Assembly: GCA_002633005.1 (NCBI GenBank) | Contig: NMRA01000955.1 | Coordinates: forward strand, 31,225-81,626 | Direction: 5' to 3' | DNA from: Phoronis australis | Taxonomy: Eukaryota > Animalia > Phoronida | DNA: 50,402 nt | In this document: piece after piece, positions 1 through 12,368 of the stretch | Layout of the letters: each line of letters begins with the position of its first letter | How positions within the stretch are numbered: position 1 is the stretch's first letter | Made by a program: the position numbers and the translations under genes | Notes under the pieces: model-generated | Databases searched by the model: none | What the model was told of the DNA's origin: nothing | Seen by the model: only the letters and a program-made list of their open reading frames with translations

Positions 1-206
1 TATTCTTTGTTGCATTAGTAACTGGTCTTGGCTAATATTATCATTTTATGGCCTGGTCATCCATTCAGCCAAAAGTAGTTCCAGAGGTGGCTTATCAGCC
101 AATTATTCACGCATGCTGACTCACAATAGAAGCCTGATAAGAGTGAAGGTGGATAAATGCGGTGTTCCTACAGTTTCTTGTTTTAGTGGATGTGTTCACG
201 ACATGT
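1..206. repeat. Inverted copy of 3085-3288
   Basis: 1-206 is the reverse complement of 3085-3288 with a few substitutions and one small indel; it may extend past the window edge. Confidence 0.9.
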
Positions 207-2430
207 AAACCGTTGGCATTTCTGAAATCTTCGTCAAATGGTGATCATGTTTAGTTTTTGGATAGCCAAAATCGCCCAACAATCAATCTATTCTTCCCGA
301 ATACACCAATTCACTCTAACTTTGACTGTGTTCACATGTGGTCTGTAATAAGGCTGGTAGATAATTGGCCTGGTTGTTGTCATAACAGACAAAAGTGTGC
401 TTGGCTATGGGGCTATTCGGAGAATTCTCCTCGCGGTGTCGCTGCGCTGTACTAGTGGTGATTGAATTGCGCATTCGTCGCTGCCTGCATGTAAACAACT
501 GGTAAAAAGACGGGGCATTGTTATCAAAATACGTCGTCGCGCAAAGCCTTATTATTGCTATTTTCCGTGGTGCAAGTCTTCGACAGGTGGTCACAAATTC
601 CAAAAAGATCTAAGGTTACTGCATTCGTGGAGAATTGCGGTCAGAAGGGTCAACCAACTGAGAAAAAGTGTGGGGATGCCTGGCGAAGCCCCATTGGGAG
701 ACTACATAACGTTACTTGGTAAGTCTTCAGCAATCAAGTTTCTATCGACATCGTTCGGTGATGTTATGCCCACCAGTTACCCCCTGAATAATGGGTTTAT
801 TGAATGGAACTAAGCGTTTCTTTTCGGAAACTCACCCGGAACACGGATGCCGGGTAGGCTAGCAGCAAATATTCACGTATTGTCCTCCAGGGGTGGGAAT
901 GCGCCCAATATAAGAGGTGTATGGTACGTGACGCTCAGAAGTCACGGGTGACTTTTTACAGCAGTTTCTCTTCAAAGCTATGTTATGTCCAATAAAATTC
1001 TCTAGACGAGTGAGTTTCCTTATTTTATAGAGGACCCCACCCCCAGGACTACCAGATTAGTTACCGAATTAACATGAATATGCTATTCAGTAAACGTCAT
1101 AACAATCAGTACATTGGAATAAAAATTGACACCTAGAATGAATTTTACTTGTTGAGGTCAGAAGCACATTTTAAATGTCGTGAAAAATACACATTATTAA
1201 ATCACTTTTAGCCTGTTTCACAAAGTTAAATACAGATCTTAAATAAGACTTCGGTACAAAGATTATTAGTATCTACATATAAACATGAAGATGAAACGTC
1301 AAGTATGTTCTGCTTTACTAAAGTAGTTTTGACGTTTTCTTTACAATTTGCTAATATTTCTCTGCCTATTCTGTTACAGGTGAGAGAAAACGACAGAAAC
1401 CAGCCGCCTGACAGTCTATTTTACCTTTGGACAAAGTGAAAAGCAATTCTTCAGCAAAAACCTGAGAGAATTAAACCAAATTCAGAAAATCAGCCCTTCA
1501 GCAGATTCTTATCCAGCTAGCTACAATTGGAAACATACTTTTCTTGCACGTGGAACTTTTGTTGTGGACAAGTTAACACAAAACTTAAAATTGTTCAAGG
1601 CCTTTTTAAGAATGCTCTAAAAATAATTACACACACAAACAAATCAAATGCAAACAAAGGGAATACTTCATTTTGATCGCTGCATATTTCTAGAGGTCAA
1701 CAGGAAAATGACAATTCTCAAGCGTCATCGCGAATCATTTCATCTTGATAAAGAATAAGCACAATTGCACTGTATGGGGCTTTAAAACTGAGGAAATATT
1801 GTGGTTTCGATAATTAGTGACAAACTTGCCTGTTGATGAAAAATTTATTCGATCATCAAAGTGTAACATTAACGGGCTTTCTACTGGCTATAAGACAATC
1901 GATGCAGTCACTGAATGTCATTTCCCCATAATGCGTACCAAATTGAAAAGTTTTTACCATGTAGTATAAAGCCTTTCTTCTGAAAGGAAAAGTTAATGAA
2001 ACTCAGTGAGAAAGGACAGGTATTTATACCACCTGCTTTTGGTTTTCATTTCACAGAGATCTAGTTTCAATAGCCTATAGAAGCGCTTGTAAAAAAGGTC
2101 CAGTTTCGGCACGTAGCTTTCCTACAGGTAACCTCATTCGACCTCAATTAGATCCTTGAAGGTAAATACAACAGCATATCGCTCGTTTTGTGCCCAAAAT
2201 CTGACCCTGAACTAGACCAGTCACTACGTCTTCTTAGCTTCAATCCAGCATGTTTCTTCCAGGAAAGGAAACAAGCTATTGTCCACACATGACTTATTGC
2301 CAATGAAAGGGCATCCTTGTGCAACGGTCAGATATAGTTCCTCTTCATACACAAATAATCCACTGTCTTATGGTAACTTCGTACTGCGATTCACATTTCA
2401 CAAGGGCCACTGACATGTACATTGTGCCAC

Positions 2431-2817
2431 CCCGGGTGAGAATTTGACACGTTTGACGCGCTCTAAAAACGTGGAGTATTAGCCGGGAACGCCCTAAAAG
2501 CGTGACGAACGTGGAAAACGTGGCGTGTCAAACGTGTAAAATATAGCGTGTCAAACGTGTCAAAAACGTGTAATTTTCGTTCCAATACTCCACGTTTGAC
2601 ACGCTTAGCGTGTCAAACTTTACACGTTTGACACGCTAGCGTGTCAAATTTTACACGTTTGACCCGTTAACGTGGCAAATTTTACACGTTTGACACGCTA
2701 GTGTGTCATGCTTTTACACGTTTTATACGTTAACATGGCAACTTTGACAAATATGACAGGTTTTTACACGTTTGACACTCTCAAAAGGGTGTCAAACGTG
2801 TAAAATTCTCACCCGGG
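2431..2817. mobile_element. 387-bp MITE with CCC...GGG termini (EnSpm/CACTA-like)
   Basis: TIR CCCGGGTGAGAATTT / AAATTCTCACCCGGG; empty site ATTGTGCCATGCAGCAC at ~33301 implies a 2-bp TSD (AC/AT); interior is many ACACGTTTGACAC repeats in both orientations. Confidence 0.85.
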
Positions 2818-3304
2818 ATGCAGCACTACTGGTGGGTGGAAATGCTGTGGGATTAGAAAGGAGTAACAAAGCTTGTTCGTTGTCTCCGATGAAGAAAGTA
2901 GGCTTTAACAACAGGTCTACACTGGATGGGAAGATCTTGCTGGTTAGCTGCAGTCAACTGCTTAAACCAACTTTTGTCCATTCATGGTCGATGCAGAAGC
3001 GATGCATGACGGCGACATCCCGTTGCTCTCAACTTGTTCAATTCTATAGCCCAACAACAAGTTGGGAAGTTTACCCCCGTAGCCACATGTCGTGAACACA
3101 TCCACTAGCACAAGAAACTATAGAAACACCGCATTTATCCACCTTCACTCTTATCAGGCTTCTATTGTGAGTCAGCATGCGTGAATAATTGGCTGATAAG
3201 CCACCTCTAGAACTACTTTTGGCTGAATGGATGACCAGGCCATAAAATGAGAATTAGCCAAGACCAGTTACTAATGCAACAAAGAATAATGTCGTAACAT
3301 CACC

Positions 3305-4590
3305 TAGCCTTGGTGGAAAGCTGTATACTATATTGGCTCTAATAAACGCTTAGAAAAATTCATTTCACGGAGAGGGGAGTCTTATTGTAGCCTACGGCAG
3401 TTGAAAGCCGGTTTCCCAAACGGGTAAAATCGGAAGCTAGGATTCAGAAAATTTACGCTCTGTGACGCATTTTTAGCCTATGACAGTTTCTACAAAATTG
3501 TGGTGCATTGCTATGAACTTCCGTTGTTAAATTACAATCATTTTTCAAAAAATTGTGCTCATCACAGGGCGAAAACTTGCCGACTGATGCGTCGCTGAAA
3601 ACTTGAACTCTTGAATAAAAATATAGTTTCGACTGAACAAATTACCTGAAATCTTCCTTATGTTCTACAATTTTTAAAGTTCATGTGGAGTCCAGATTAA
3701 TTGCCATTAAGTGCAAATCTGCGCTACATCGTACCCCACAACACGAGAAAAATCTATGGATGAACACGCATGTTGTTGTCACGTGACGTTTGTTTTGAAG
3801 TTCGTCTGCGTATGAGAGTGAGTGCCGGAGCGTGCGTGTGTGGGTCATCGACGATAGACTTTTTTGTTACAAAAGGCGGAGGATTATGCAGGAAAATGGC
3901 GTTTACTAGATTGTTTTTTCATTTAAACGGCTACAACGTGCAAGGTGAGTGCTGGTTAACTCACAGATTTTGTGTGCACAGGCCAACGGTCGTTAGCTCT
4001 ACCGTAGAGTATTTTAATACTATTAAAATAGTCCAAGGCTCGATCGTGGCATGTTGGGGACGAAGTGAACTACCCGGGCTCTGTGACATTTCTGGGTCTA
4101 ACGGAGACACTGACGCAGTGGTCAGCCAGCTCGCTGTATCAAGACTATAGTCAAATCCAAATTCGTTTTATCGTGTCCCTGACAATAATAACGGCATGCT
4201 AAAGTTTCTTAATTTTCGTACTTCAGGAACATAACAATCACGTGTTTTGTACACATACTCGCACGCAGCAGATCACATCTCGGAAATTGCCGATTTGGCG
4301 GATGACAATGAATGAGCACAATGAAATTAAACTACGACGTTTTACAGCTTGTAAGATTCATAATAAACGTATTTTGAATATTTCAATGAATGTGTTCCAA
4401 AATCTAAATAACTTGTGTCCTATATTTTTGTATTCGTGCGCGCCGATTGAAAGTAATCGTGAGTGTTGCTGTGTTGCAAAATCTCTTATCCTGGGCCGAT
4501 TTGAAAAATTCAAAGTTGTACTTGTTATGTTCGTGGTTTTCATTAAACTTGCAGAGTCCAAAACATAACCTTATATGGCACGGGTAGCTA
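3305..4590. mobile_element. Degenerate TAG-terminal (Academ-like) element fragments
   Basis: 3305 TAGCCTTGGTGGAAAGCTGTATA resembles the terminus at 14520; ~3850-4120 is a diverged reverse complement of ~11830-12075. Boundaries and TSD unresolved. Confidence 0.5.
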
Positions 4591-6298
4591 GAATCATAGA
4601 TTGTGTAAGTTGTGCAAAACAATTCTCTGAAATCTGATTATGACTCATGAGCATATGATCTTTAGTTCTGACAAACAAGTTTTCAGTTGAAAGTTAGACA
4701 GCATAGTGAATAGATGTATCTTGTAGATCTCTAGAATAAACCCACGTAAGACCCTAACACAGAGTTGTGTTTGAAAGAGGTTTTCATACAGTACTCATAT
4801 TTGTTTTCGCTCCTCTTTTCAAATATTACAGTGAAAACTACTTGTAACTCTCTCCATAAAAAGTACAGTCTGCTAGGTAGATTGTAATCAGCTGAACATA
4901 TCCGCATGAGCGAAGCCAATTATCCTCGCTCGTGACTCGATGAATAGAGCAGCTTGGCGGCATCCCTTTGATCGTGAGCCGAGCGCGACTCCGCCAAGGT
5001 GGATAAATACGGTTTAGTTCAATTTTCCATACCCCACCGTTTACCTTGACGACCGGGGCTAGGACCAATCTTTAGTGGGCCTGTTCATAGCATGCAATAT
5101 CATTCTTACACGACTAATTAACTCGATTCTGGCATTTAGGGTTGGAGGGCCTCCGTTCTTTTGTTGGATAATGCTCTAATTTCCGATCAGATCGTTTCTA
5201 GCCCGTGACTGGGCTGGACTGATAAAAATGAAAGTTAAGCTATAACACATTTGAGCTTAAACCAATAGCATTTCTAAATTCCTCGTCAAATGCTGATCAT
5301 GTTCCGTTTTTGAATCACCAAAATCGCCCAACTACAACAGAATTTAAGACAATCTATTCTGTCCAAACGGATTACCAACGCACTGGGTTTGACTATGTTC
5401 TGAATACGTAATAGCGTGCAACCACCATACGTTTCCTTTGAGGCCTGGGAGATAATTGGCCGGCTTGTTATCATACGGAACAAAAGACTGGGCTGGGCAG
5501 TTAACAAAATAGCCAGATGTTATCGCACGTTCAGCACCCTCACGTGTGGAAAAGGTACTGAACGACAGAACGCTGTAATGGCATATCTCCTCTGCACAGT
5601 ACAAGCCCTCAAACGTAAAAACCAAAGGTCACGTGAAAACAGACATGATAGATTTTCATTTCAGCGTGTAATAGATTTCCGGAAGACATATGATAGAGTA
5701 AACAAATAGTCTAAAGGATATTTGTCACGTACCCTTTGCCATGGCATTGGGCTTAGATTGTAATTTTTAACTCACTAATCGATATCGAGTTAAACATTCA
5801 GCATTCATTGATGTAACTTACTCACTGATAAACCTGTTAGAAATCATTCCAAAAAATAATACTGCTTTGATGTAGGAAAAGATCCCGAGTGCTACGTCAA
5901 GTGATCGTAACATGCATCTCAACAAACGGAAGATTAACCCGACTGGCGACTGCCGCGAAGTCGACTCGGACATCTGTCGGCGAGTATCTCAGTTAACAGG
6001 CATCAGTCAGTAGAATAAACATGCAATAATCGTTAAAATAATCCCAAACCTTGCCTTCGTATAAGGTCGTGCTTACTTTCTCTCATAGAAGCACCTTTTC
6101 ACGCAATCTCAGGTTCAGTTGGCACGCCTACAAGCCATTTCACTATGTATTTAAAGGGCTCGCAAAATCGAGGCTGTTGATCTATCACCACTAGTACACG
6201 CGCGCCCTCTAGTTAATGTATAACAAAGAAGCTAGATGTTATCACACGCTCAGAACCCCTACGTCTGGTAAAGTCACTGAACACGCTGTCAATTAAAC

Positions 6299-6641
6299 TG
6301 GCCTGCCGAACTTTGTAGGCTACGGAGTGTCCAAATACCAATAAATCCGTAACAGCGAAATAAAGCAACACGTTTTTGCAAGAACTCTGTGTATTTTTAA
6401 GGGTTTTACATCGGAATTTGATGATTTATTGGTGTAAAACGATGAATTCAAGCGATAAGCTGGCACCAGTAACCCGTGTTGTGAACTGCTGAACAGACAG
6501 CGTGTGAAACCAATGGCGTCATTGGATAAGTTCAACACCTCCGTCTGCCGTCAGGTAACGCAACTGAGTGTGCCGTTATAAAGTAGATGACTACTCGATC
6601 TAATTGATACAAAATAGGTTGTTTTTGGGTGGCATGCTCCT
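6299..6641 (+). mobile_element. Right end of Kolobok-like element (family K)
   Basis: Colinear with ~23143-23474; ends GGGTGGCATGCTCCT|TTAA. Confidence 0.85.
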
Positions 6642-8405
6642 TTAACATTTTACTGTCTTAAAATTGGCTTCATAATTTTCCTTATTGTGATTTCTAATAC
6701 CAACAAGAATATCAAAACCATCAACAACTAAAAAAATGCATCAGAATTAATTTGTTTCCAAGCCCTTAAATTGGAGATTTGAAAATCCTACATGTAAGCA
6801 TTTGAGTTGCCTTGAATTCTTATTCCACAAAAGTTCAAAATCGGATGACGTGGTAACGTTTTTAAACCCAAAAGCATTTCGGTTAAGAAATCAACATTAC
6901 CATCTAAACAGAGGTAAAATACATCAATGAAAATGGCAATCTAGAAATATTTTCAGTGACAAACTTGGTTTCAAAAATGGCAAAGTACCATCAATTCCTC
7001 TTCTACCAAAATGACAAAACTCAGTCATACAGTCTCTCCACTGTATTCCCCTCAAGTTTCAAAAGACGATCGAGAGCAGAAGCACAACTGATACATCTTT
7101 TAACAATGAGATTTCCAGAGTGATCTTACTTGCAATTATTATACAGTAAATGCAACTATGGTTACCCCGGTAATAAAAATTAACAACTTAAACGCACTCC
7201 TTGTAACTTTGAGCACTGGCAAATCTAGGACATCAGGAGTCAGGAACATACCTTAACTAAAACTGTCTAGTCGCCAACTGTTCCACTAGCAACCAAATCT
7301 TATGTCCCCAGACTTAAAGTTAGGGGCCCAAATTTTTTGAAGGACATTTACAACAATCACACAAATACTCAACACAATGTACAGGTGGAGTCGGCCCTTA
7401 AATCTAAGTACTAACCTCAATCGATGGCCCTACCTAAAACATTTAGTTTCCAAAAAACATGAAAAGGATATTTGTAAGAGAAAAATTGTGACAGAAAAAC
7501 TTTCTTAAAGTCTCTGCTGTCTGACATTTTGGACTGTCATAATGTAACGTGCAGGTCTTAATTTATTTTCTTAGAAACTTGTTGCATTTCACGTCGTCCG
7601 TGTGCAATAAGTGGATGACCTGGTAACCTTCCAACAGTTTTGAAACGTTTGTGATATTTGTGATCTGAGTTTCATAGTTTTTGGCCATGTGAGGGTCTGA
7701 AACAGAGGTGACAAAATGTCACAGAATATACTGAACAATTTGATCTTTCAATCTCCATGCAGCGAGTAGATGTTCAAGTTTTGATAGACCCAGATGTGTT
7801 TTAATAGGCCTGCATATTGCTATGTACGTGTATTTGCTGTGACTGATCACGAGACTGCATTATACGGTAACTGCTAAAAAATGCTGCATTTAATATCCAA
7901 ATGTTACATTGAAATTGCGGGGACGTACTTGGATATAAACGGAAAATACCGACTTTGCCCAAATATGGTTGCGGTATTCCCACGATGCGCCATCTGTCCA
8001 AAAGATATTAAACATTTTTACTGGGAAAATACTGGATCGCACAATCAAGTTATTTTGCTCACAAATGATTTTCTAAATGTTTAGGAAAAAAGCTATTGTT
8101 AATTATCACGCTAGGTCACCAGCTGGGTGACAGAACTGACAAAATTTTGTTGTCTAGCTCGAAACTTAGTCGCCTTGTGCTTAGAACAGAGTGTAGATAC
8201 CATGGCAACAAACTTTAAAATTAGCCTTTAAACTAACAATGCGATTATTGCATAACTGAATAGTACACTGTTCAAGCTTCATGAGGCTAGAAATCCTCAG
8301 AATAAGGTAAAATCGTGAGAGGGTGTCAAATGCTCTGAATACCACAGGCAGCTTGAGGTTGTCTTTCTGTTACCATTGAATTACACATCTATAGCAATAC
8401 AGGAG

Positions 8406-8536
8406 TTAAGGGTCCTCTTCCTCATTCTGTTTCTGAGACATTTTATCAAACATTCCCATGTAAGCGGCTTTCATTTTCTTTTCTTGTTTTTCTAGTTCTC
8501 TATTGCACAAGTCTATGTAATGCTTTATCTTAGAAT
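8406..8536 (-). CDS. TTC9C: TTC9C-like coding exon 3 (terminal)
   Basis: TTTCAG acceptor; DSKIKHYIDLCNRELEKQEKKMKAAYMGMFDK...DP*; YxGMF tail typical of TTC9 proteins. Joined CDS 295+186+131=612 nt, 203 aa, no disruption. Confidence 0.9.
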
Positions 8537-9098
8537 CTGAAATAAATAAATAAATCATTACCCACGATGTCACTGAGGAGCTCAAGTGGTAACTATTTTT
8601 ATTACAGACGGCTGATGACTCAGCATTGCCACTAGCCAACACTTTAGCTAACTTTTACAAGCACATGTAAAAGACACCCCCAAAAGTAAAATGACTTCAC
8701 AGAACTACTGCACAATGTGCGCTATGCTATTTCAATACTAGTTTTTAAAGCTTACCCATCCAGAACTTCATTTCGTTATTCATATTTGAAGTTGCACTTT
8801 GATTTTTAAGAAATGCTAACTTATAATCACCAAGAACAATGTTAAAAATGTATTTCATACAAAAGCGTATTCATTTTTTATGCTTACACTGTATGTAAAT
8901 TACCAAAGACAATGCTTCAAAAGCGTAGTTAATTTTCACAAGTGAAATATACCAAGCCCCGGAAGTCAACCATGTGCGTATTTGGGACAATAACACAATT
9001 TCGTACCAACAGATACAAAGCTCACCCTGAATTGTAAGGCTGAATCAAACTGATAAAAGTGTTGCTGGAATTCATCAAAAGAGCAAATGTCCACCTAC

Positions 9099-9284
9099 CA
9101 GCAGTACCACCATGTGTTCGTGCCAGATTTAATGTCTCTAAGGCAGAATCTAGATTTCTCAGATGGTATAGTGAGACACCTCTTCTGTACAAGGCTTTGG
9201 TGTTAAAGGGTTCTAGTTCCAGCACTTCACTACAATACTGTAGGATTCTCTCATAGTTGGGAGGTTCAACCATCAAAAGACAGG
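9099..9284 (-). CDS. TTC9C: TTC9C-like coding exon 2
   Basis: TTCCAG acceptor; ACLLMVEPPNYERILQYCSEVLELEPFNTKALYRRGVSLYHLRNLDSALETL...; donor G|GTAGG; 186 nt, phases agree with exons 1 and 3. Confidence 0.92.
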
Positions 9285-9567
9285 CTGGAATTATATTTAC
9301 AGTGATTTTTAAGATGGGAAATAAGTTAACCATAAATAATTAAAAAACTATGGAAACAAGCCCTGTTAACATCTACTCAGTAAACAGCACATCAAAATCA
9401 CCACCACTTCTTAACATGTGACAAGAAAATTAGCATCAAATCAGAGGAATTGACTGTAAAATGTTTAGGTTTCAAAAACTAGTGAAAGACCATATGTACT
9501 CAAATGTAATGACATCATATTTGCAATCTCACTTAATATCAAATTTATTTTAAAAGGTTCGATTACA

Positions 9568-9712
9568 GGAGTATTTGTTTGAGTTGGAAGACATCGACAG
9601 CCTCCTAGGTGTCGCTCTCCACACAAAAGATACTATTAGTACCGCGACTTTGATGTTTTAATCTGTGTGAGGCATAATTCACCAAAAAGCTTCAGAGGTA
9701 TGCAGCGCTTAT
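9568..9712. repeat. Old fragment of the E1 terminal inverted repeat, in TTC9C intron 1
   Basis: Diverged direct match to ~11567-11722 (GGAGTATTTGTT.GAGTTGGAAG...GAGGCATAATTC.CC.AAAAGCTTC). Confidence 0.7.
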
Positions 9713-9786
9713 GTGTTTCACCATCTCCACTGGGGCCAGTCTACACTACAACTGTTCGTCTGTTGCATGTAGATCGAGACATTTAC

Positions 9787-10081
9787 CAGCTAAATTATTG
9801 TAGCAGTCCCTTTCCATTTTAACTGCCTCGTTCAGCACCTCTTCGGCAACTGGAGTTTCTCGTTCTTGAAACTCAGCCATAAATGCAGTAAGTGGCATAC
9901 TGCAATTGTTCTGCTTCAGGGCCTTTAAGTAGAAAATGGACCTGTGATATTTTCCAATGGCCTTTTTGAAATTTCTATTTTTGAAATAATCATTTCCCTC
10001 TGCCTTAAGTTTCTTGGCTTCAAACAGTTTTGATTCGGGTGACAACTTCTTCTTTTCTGAAAAGGCACCACCTTCTGCCAT
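9787..10081 (-). CDS. TTC9C: TTC9/TTC9C-like TPR protein, coding exon 1 of 3
   Basis: ATG at 10081; MAEGG...KAEGNDYFKNRNFKKAIGKYHRSIFYLK...DCYNNLA then phase-1 donor G|GTAAAT. Matches the TTC9-family TPR1 motif (K-EGN--Y/F-----A---YHRA) and CYNNLA. Confidence 0.9.
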
Positions 10082-10398
10082 GTTCACAGGCCAACCATGC
10101 GATTTCAATGTTTCAAGCAAAGCAGGCTACAAGTTTGACTGCGGCACAGAAACAAAAGTTCACTTGCCCGGTTTGACGGTTTTGACGGCAACTTACGACT
10201 CCTTAGCACTTGTCGTTTAACAATTAAAGTGCATCAATTTTTTTAAATATTTGTCGTTAATATGTAATATTTCAGGCAGACCAGTGATAAATCGATGTTC
10301 TTTTAGAATCTCTATATACTATTTATGGGCAAAATAATGCACAACTTTAAGAGCAGTTATTTGTTACTACATTTTACGACAGCTGTAGAAAATAAAAC
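10082..10398. promoter_or_regulatory. Bidirectional promoter / 5'UTR region between TTC9C-like and INTS7
   Basis: 317 bp separate two divergent start codons, both in AACATGGC context. TSS positions are not visible from sequence. Confidence 0.7.
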
Positions 10399-10480
10399 AT
10401 GGCGACGTTTGGCGACTTGAGCTTGTCGTCCTCCGAGTCTGAACAAGATGCAAATTCTGCTCTTATGGAGTTAGACAAAG
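10399..10480 (+). CDS. INTS7: Integrator complex subunit 7, coding exon 1
   Basis: MATFGDLSLSSSESEQDANSALMELDK+G|GT; DANSALMELDK is the INTS7 N-terminal signature. Too short for the ORF track. Confidence 0.93.
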
Positions 10481-10594
10481 GTATTGTGATATAGCTACCC
10501 ATTCTAAATTCATGTTATGCGTTATTTGTAAAAGTCTGATAGTGTTCATTTCAGGATTTTAAAACAGTGGGCCCTTGATAGGCATAGCGAGGAC

Positions 10595-11774
10595 TAGGCA
10601 ATGACCATCGCCTCTGGCTCTGATGGCCCGAACCAGAGGCGATGCAGAGGCTATAGGCGCTCTGTACGCCGGAAGCTTTTCGGCGAATTATTCCTCGCAC
10701 CGACTAAACCATCAAAGTCACTTTGTTATAAATACCTTTTGCGCATAGAGGAACATCTTAGGATGTTGTCGATATTGTTGTATTACAGCAGGTTCACTAG
10801 CTAGGCCTCTAGAAGTACTCACCAGTTAAAACACAGTTATTCAAGCTTCAGTAAAACCCAATCCAGGTGCCCATCCCTGACATCCTGATTGCTTGCTGAA
10901 AGACTGCCAGCAGGATTCCCGCCAGCAGTTTAAATAAAACAAGCATCCGGGGAACCATAAAACTGACAAATCACAAGACACCACAGAAAGATAAAGGACG
11001 AATGATGTTGACGATTACAACAATGTGTTTAAGTCCTTCCAACTCGAACAAATACTCCCGTTATGAAACTTTTTCTTCGAGCAGTCCCTATTTCAGTTCC
11101 CAAAATCGTGAAATCAAAATTTTTGTACTGCGCACGCTCCAATTTTTACCGCGCTCGCTAGGTGATGTGACTTCATGACCTCAATCTTTAAATAGGCCAA
11201 AGGTGAGCCATTGCGATCTTGTCAGTCAAATGTTCGTTTCCAAAATGCCACCACTTATACTTGTCTTTAATTGGCGTTACTTGAAACTGTTTGTATTTCA
11301 ATGAATTATTGTTTGTATTTGATAAAAATAAATGCTGTTGATATGACATTTAATAGTCTTTGTGCACATATTTAATGTTTAACAACACGGCAAATGCACG
11401 GCTGGTTCCCGGCAGCACGTACGCAAAGGGTGGGAACTTCAGCTTTCAAAGTTCGCCTGTAGGACCACAACTTCTGACCTTCGGCCTGGTTAAAAAAATG
11501 AAAATTTTGATTTCACGATTTTGGGAACTGAAATAGGGACTGCTCGAAGAAAAAGTTTCATAACGGGAGTATTTGTTCGAGTTGGAAGGACGTAAACACA
11601 TATCGACAACCTCCTAAGGTGTTCCTCTATGCGCAAAAGGTATTTATAACAACGTGACTTCGATGGTTTAGTCGGTGCGAGGCATAATTCGCCGAAAAGC
11701 TTCCGGCATACAGAGCGCCTATAGCCTCTGCATCGCCTCTGGTTCGGGCCAACAGAGGCGATGGTCATTGCCTA
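10595..11774. mobile_element. E1: non-autonomous Academ(H)-like element with long TIRs and 9-bp TSD
   Basis: Termini TAGGCAATGACCATCGCC / GGCGATGGTCATTGCCTA; ~275-bp TIR (10595-10775 + 11023-11123 vs 11501-11774); flanked by AGCGAGGAC / AGTGAGGAC. TAG ends with 9-10-bp TSDs characterise AcademH. Confidence 0.8.
10776..11022. mobile_element. Probable solo LTR (247 bp) inside the left TIR of E1
   Basis: TGTTGTA...TACAACA ends; absent from the right TIR; imperfect ATAT/ATGT flanks; internal AATAAA at ~10934. Confidence 0.65.
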
Positions 11775-12368
11775 AGTGAGGACTAGCCAGCCAGCTAGCT
11801 GTATGAAGACTGTCGTCAAAATCAGCTAGATCCCACTGCGTGTATTTCTTCCGTAGACCCCGAAATTGTACACAGCCAGGGTAGTTCTGCTCATCACTGT
11901 GCCGTGAAACTTGTATCAACATGTAAAGCTAAAGACCGGACGGTGTGCATGCAAAATCTGGGAATCAACCGACACTCACCTTGCCCGTTATAGCCGTTTA
12001 AGTGAAAAACAATGCAATAAACGTCATTTTCTTGTGTAACTCTGTGCCTTTTCTAACAATGAAAAGTATGTCGTCGTTTTGAAAACAATACGCGCGTGCA
12101 CGCGCCATTTCCTAAATTTTTGCGACATCTCTCAGGAGAAAATGATAGCTTGGAAGTAACAAAATTTCTTCTGAAATTCGATTTTTCGGTACCAAAATTC
12201 TAAAAACTTTTAATGAGGTGAAACCAGTTCTGAAAATTTGTTGTGACGTGTACGCAACCTCGTGAAGGAAAAACAGTTGATTGAAGAATCGGCGAAAAAA
12301 GAAACTGGTCAATAGGTGATGCAAAATTTCATGGCGCCGAAAGCAGTCGCTAAAGATCACTCCACAAT

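Larger units (their letters stand above)
405..6220 (+). mobile_element. Interrupted copy of the 2.7-kb CAATG-terminal DNA transposon (family A)
   Basis: 405-~3007 and ~5581-6220 are colinear with 31381-34070. Starts CTATGGGGCTATTCGG; right TIR missing; interrupted at 2431-2817 and ~3008-5580. Confidence 0.88.

Noticed and set aside
10082-10120. N-terminal extension of TTC9C from the 9746-10120 ORF call
   Set aside because: Starts at TTG; the ATG at 10081 has good context, and the ORF's 3' end runs into intron 1.
10601-11768. Two similar ORFs (MTIAS...RRCRGYRRS) on opposite strands as a gene pair
   Set aside because: They are the two arms of the E1 TIR; no recognisable domain.
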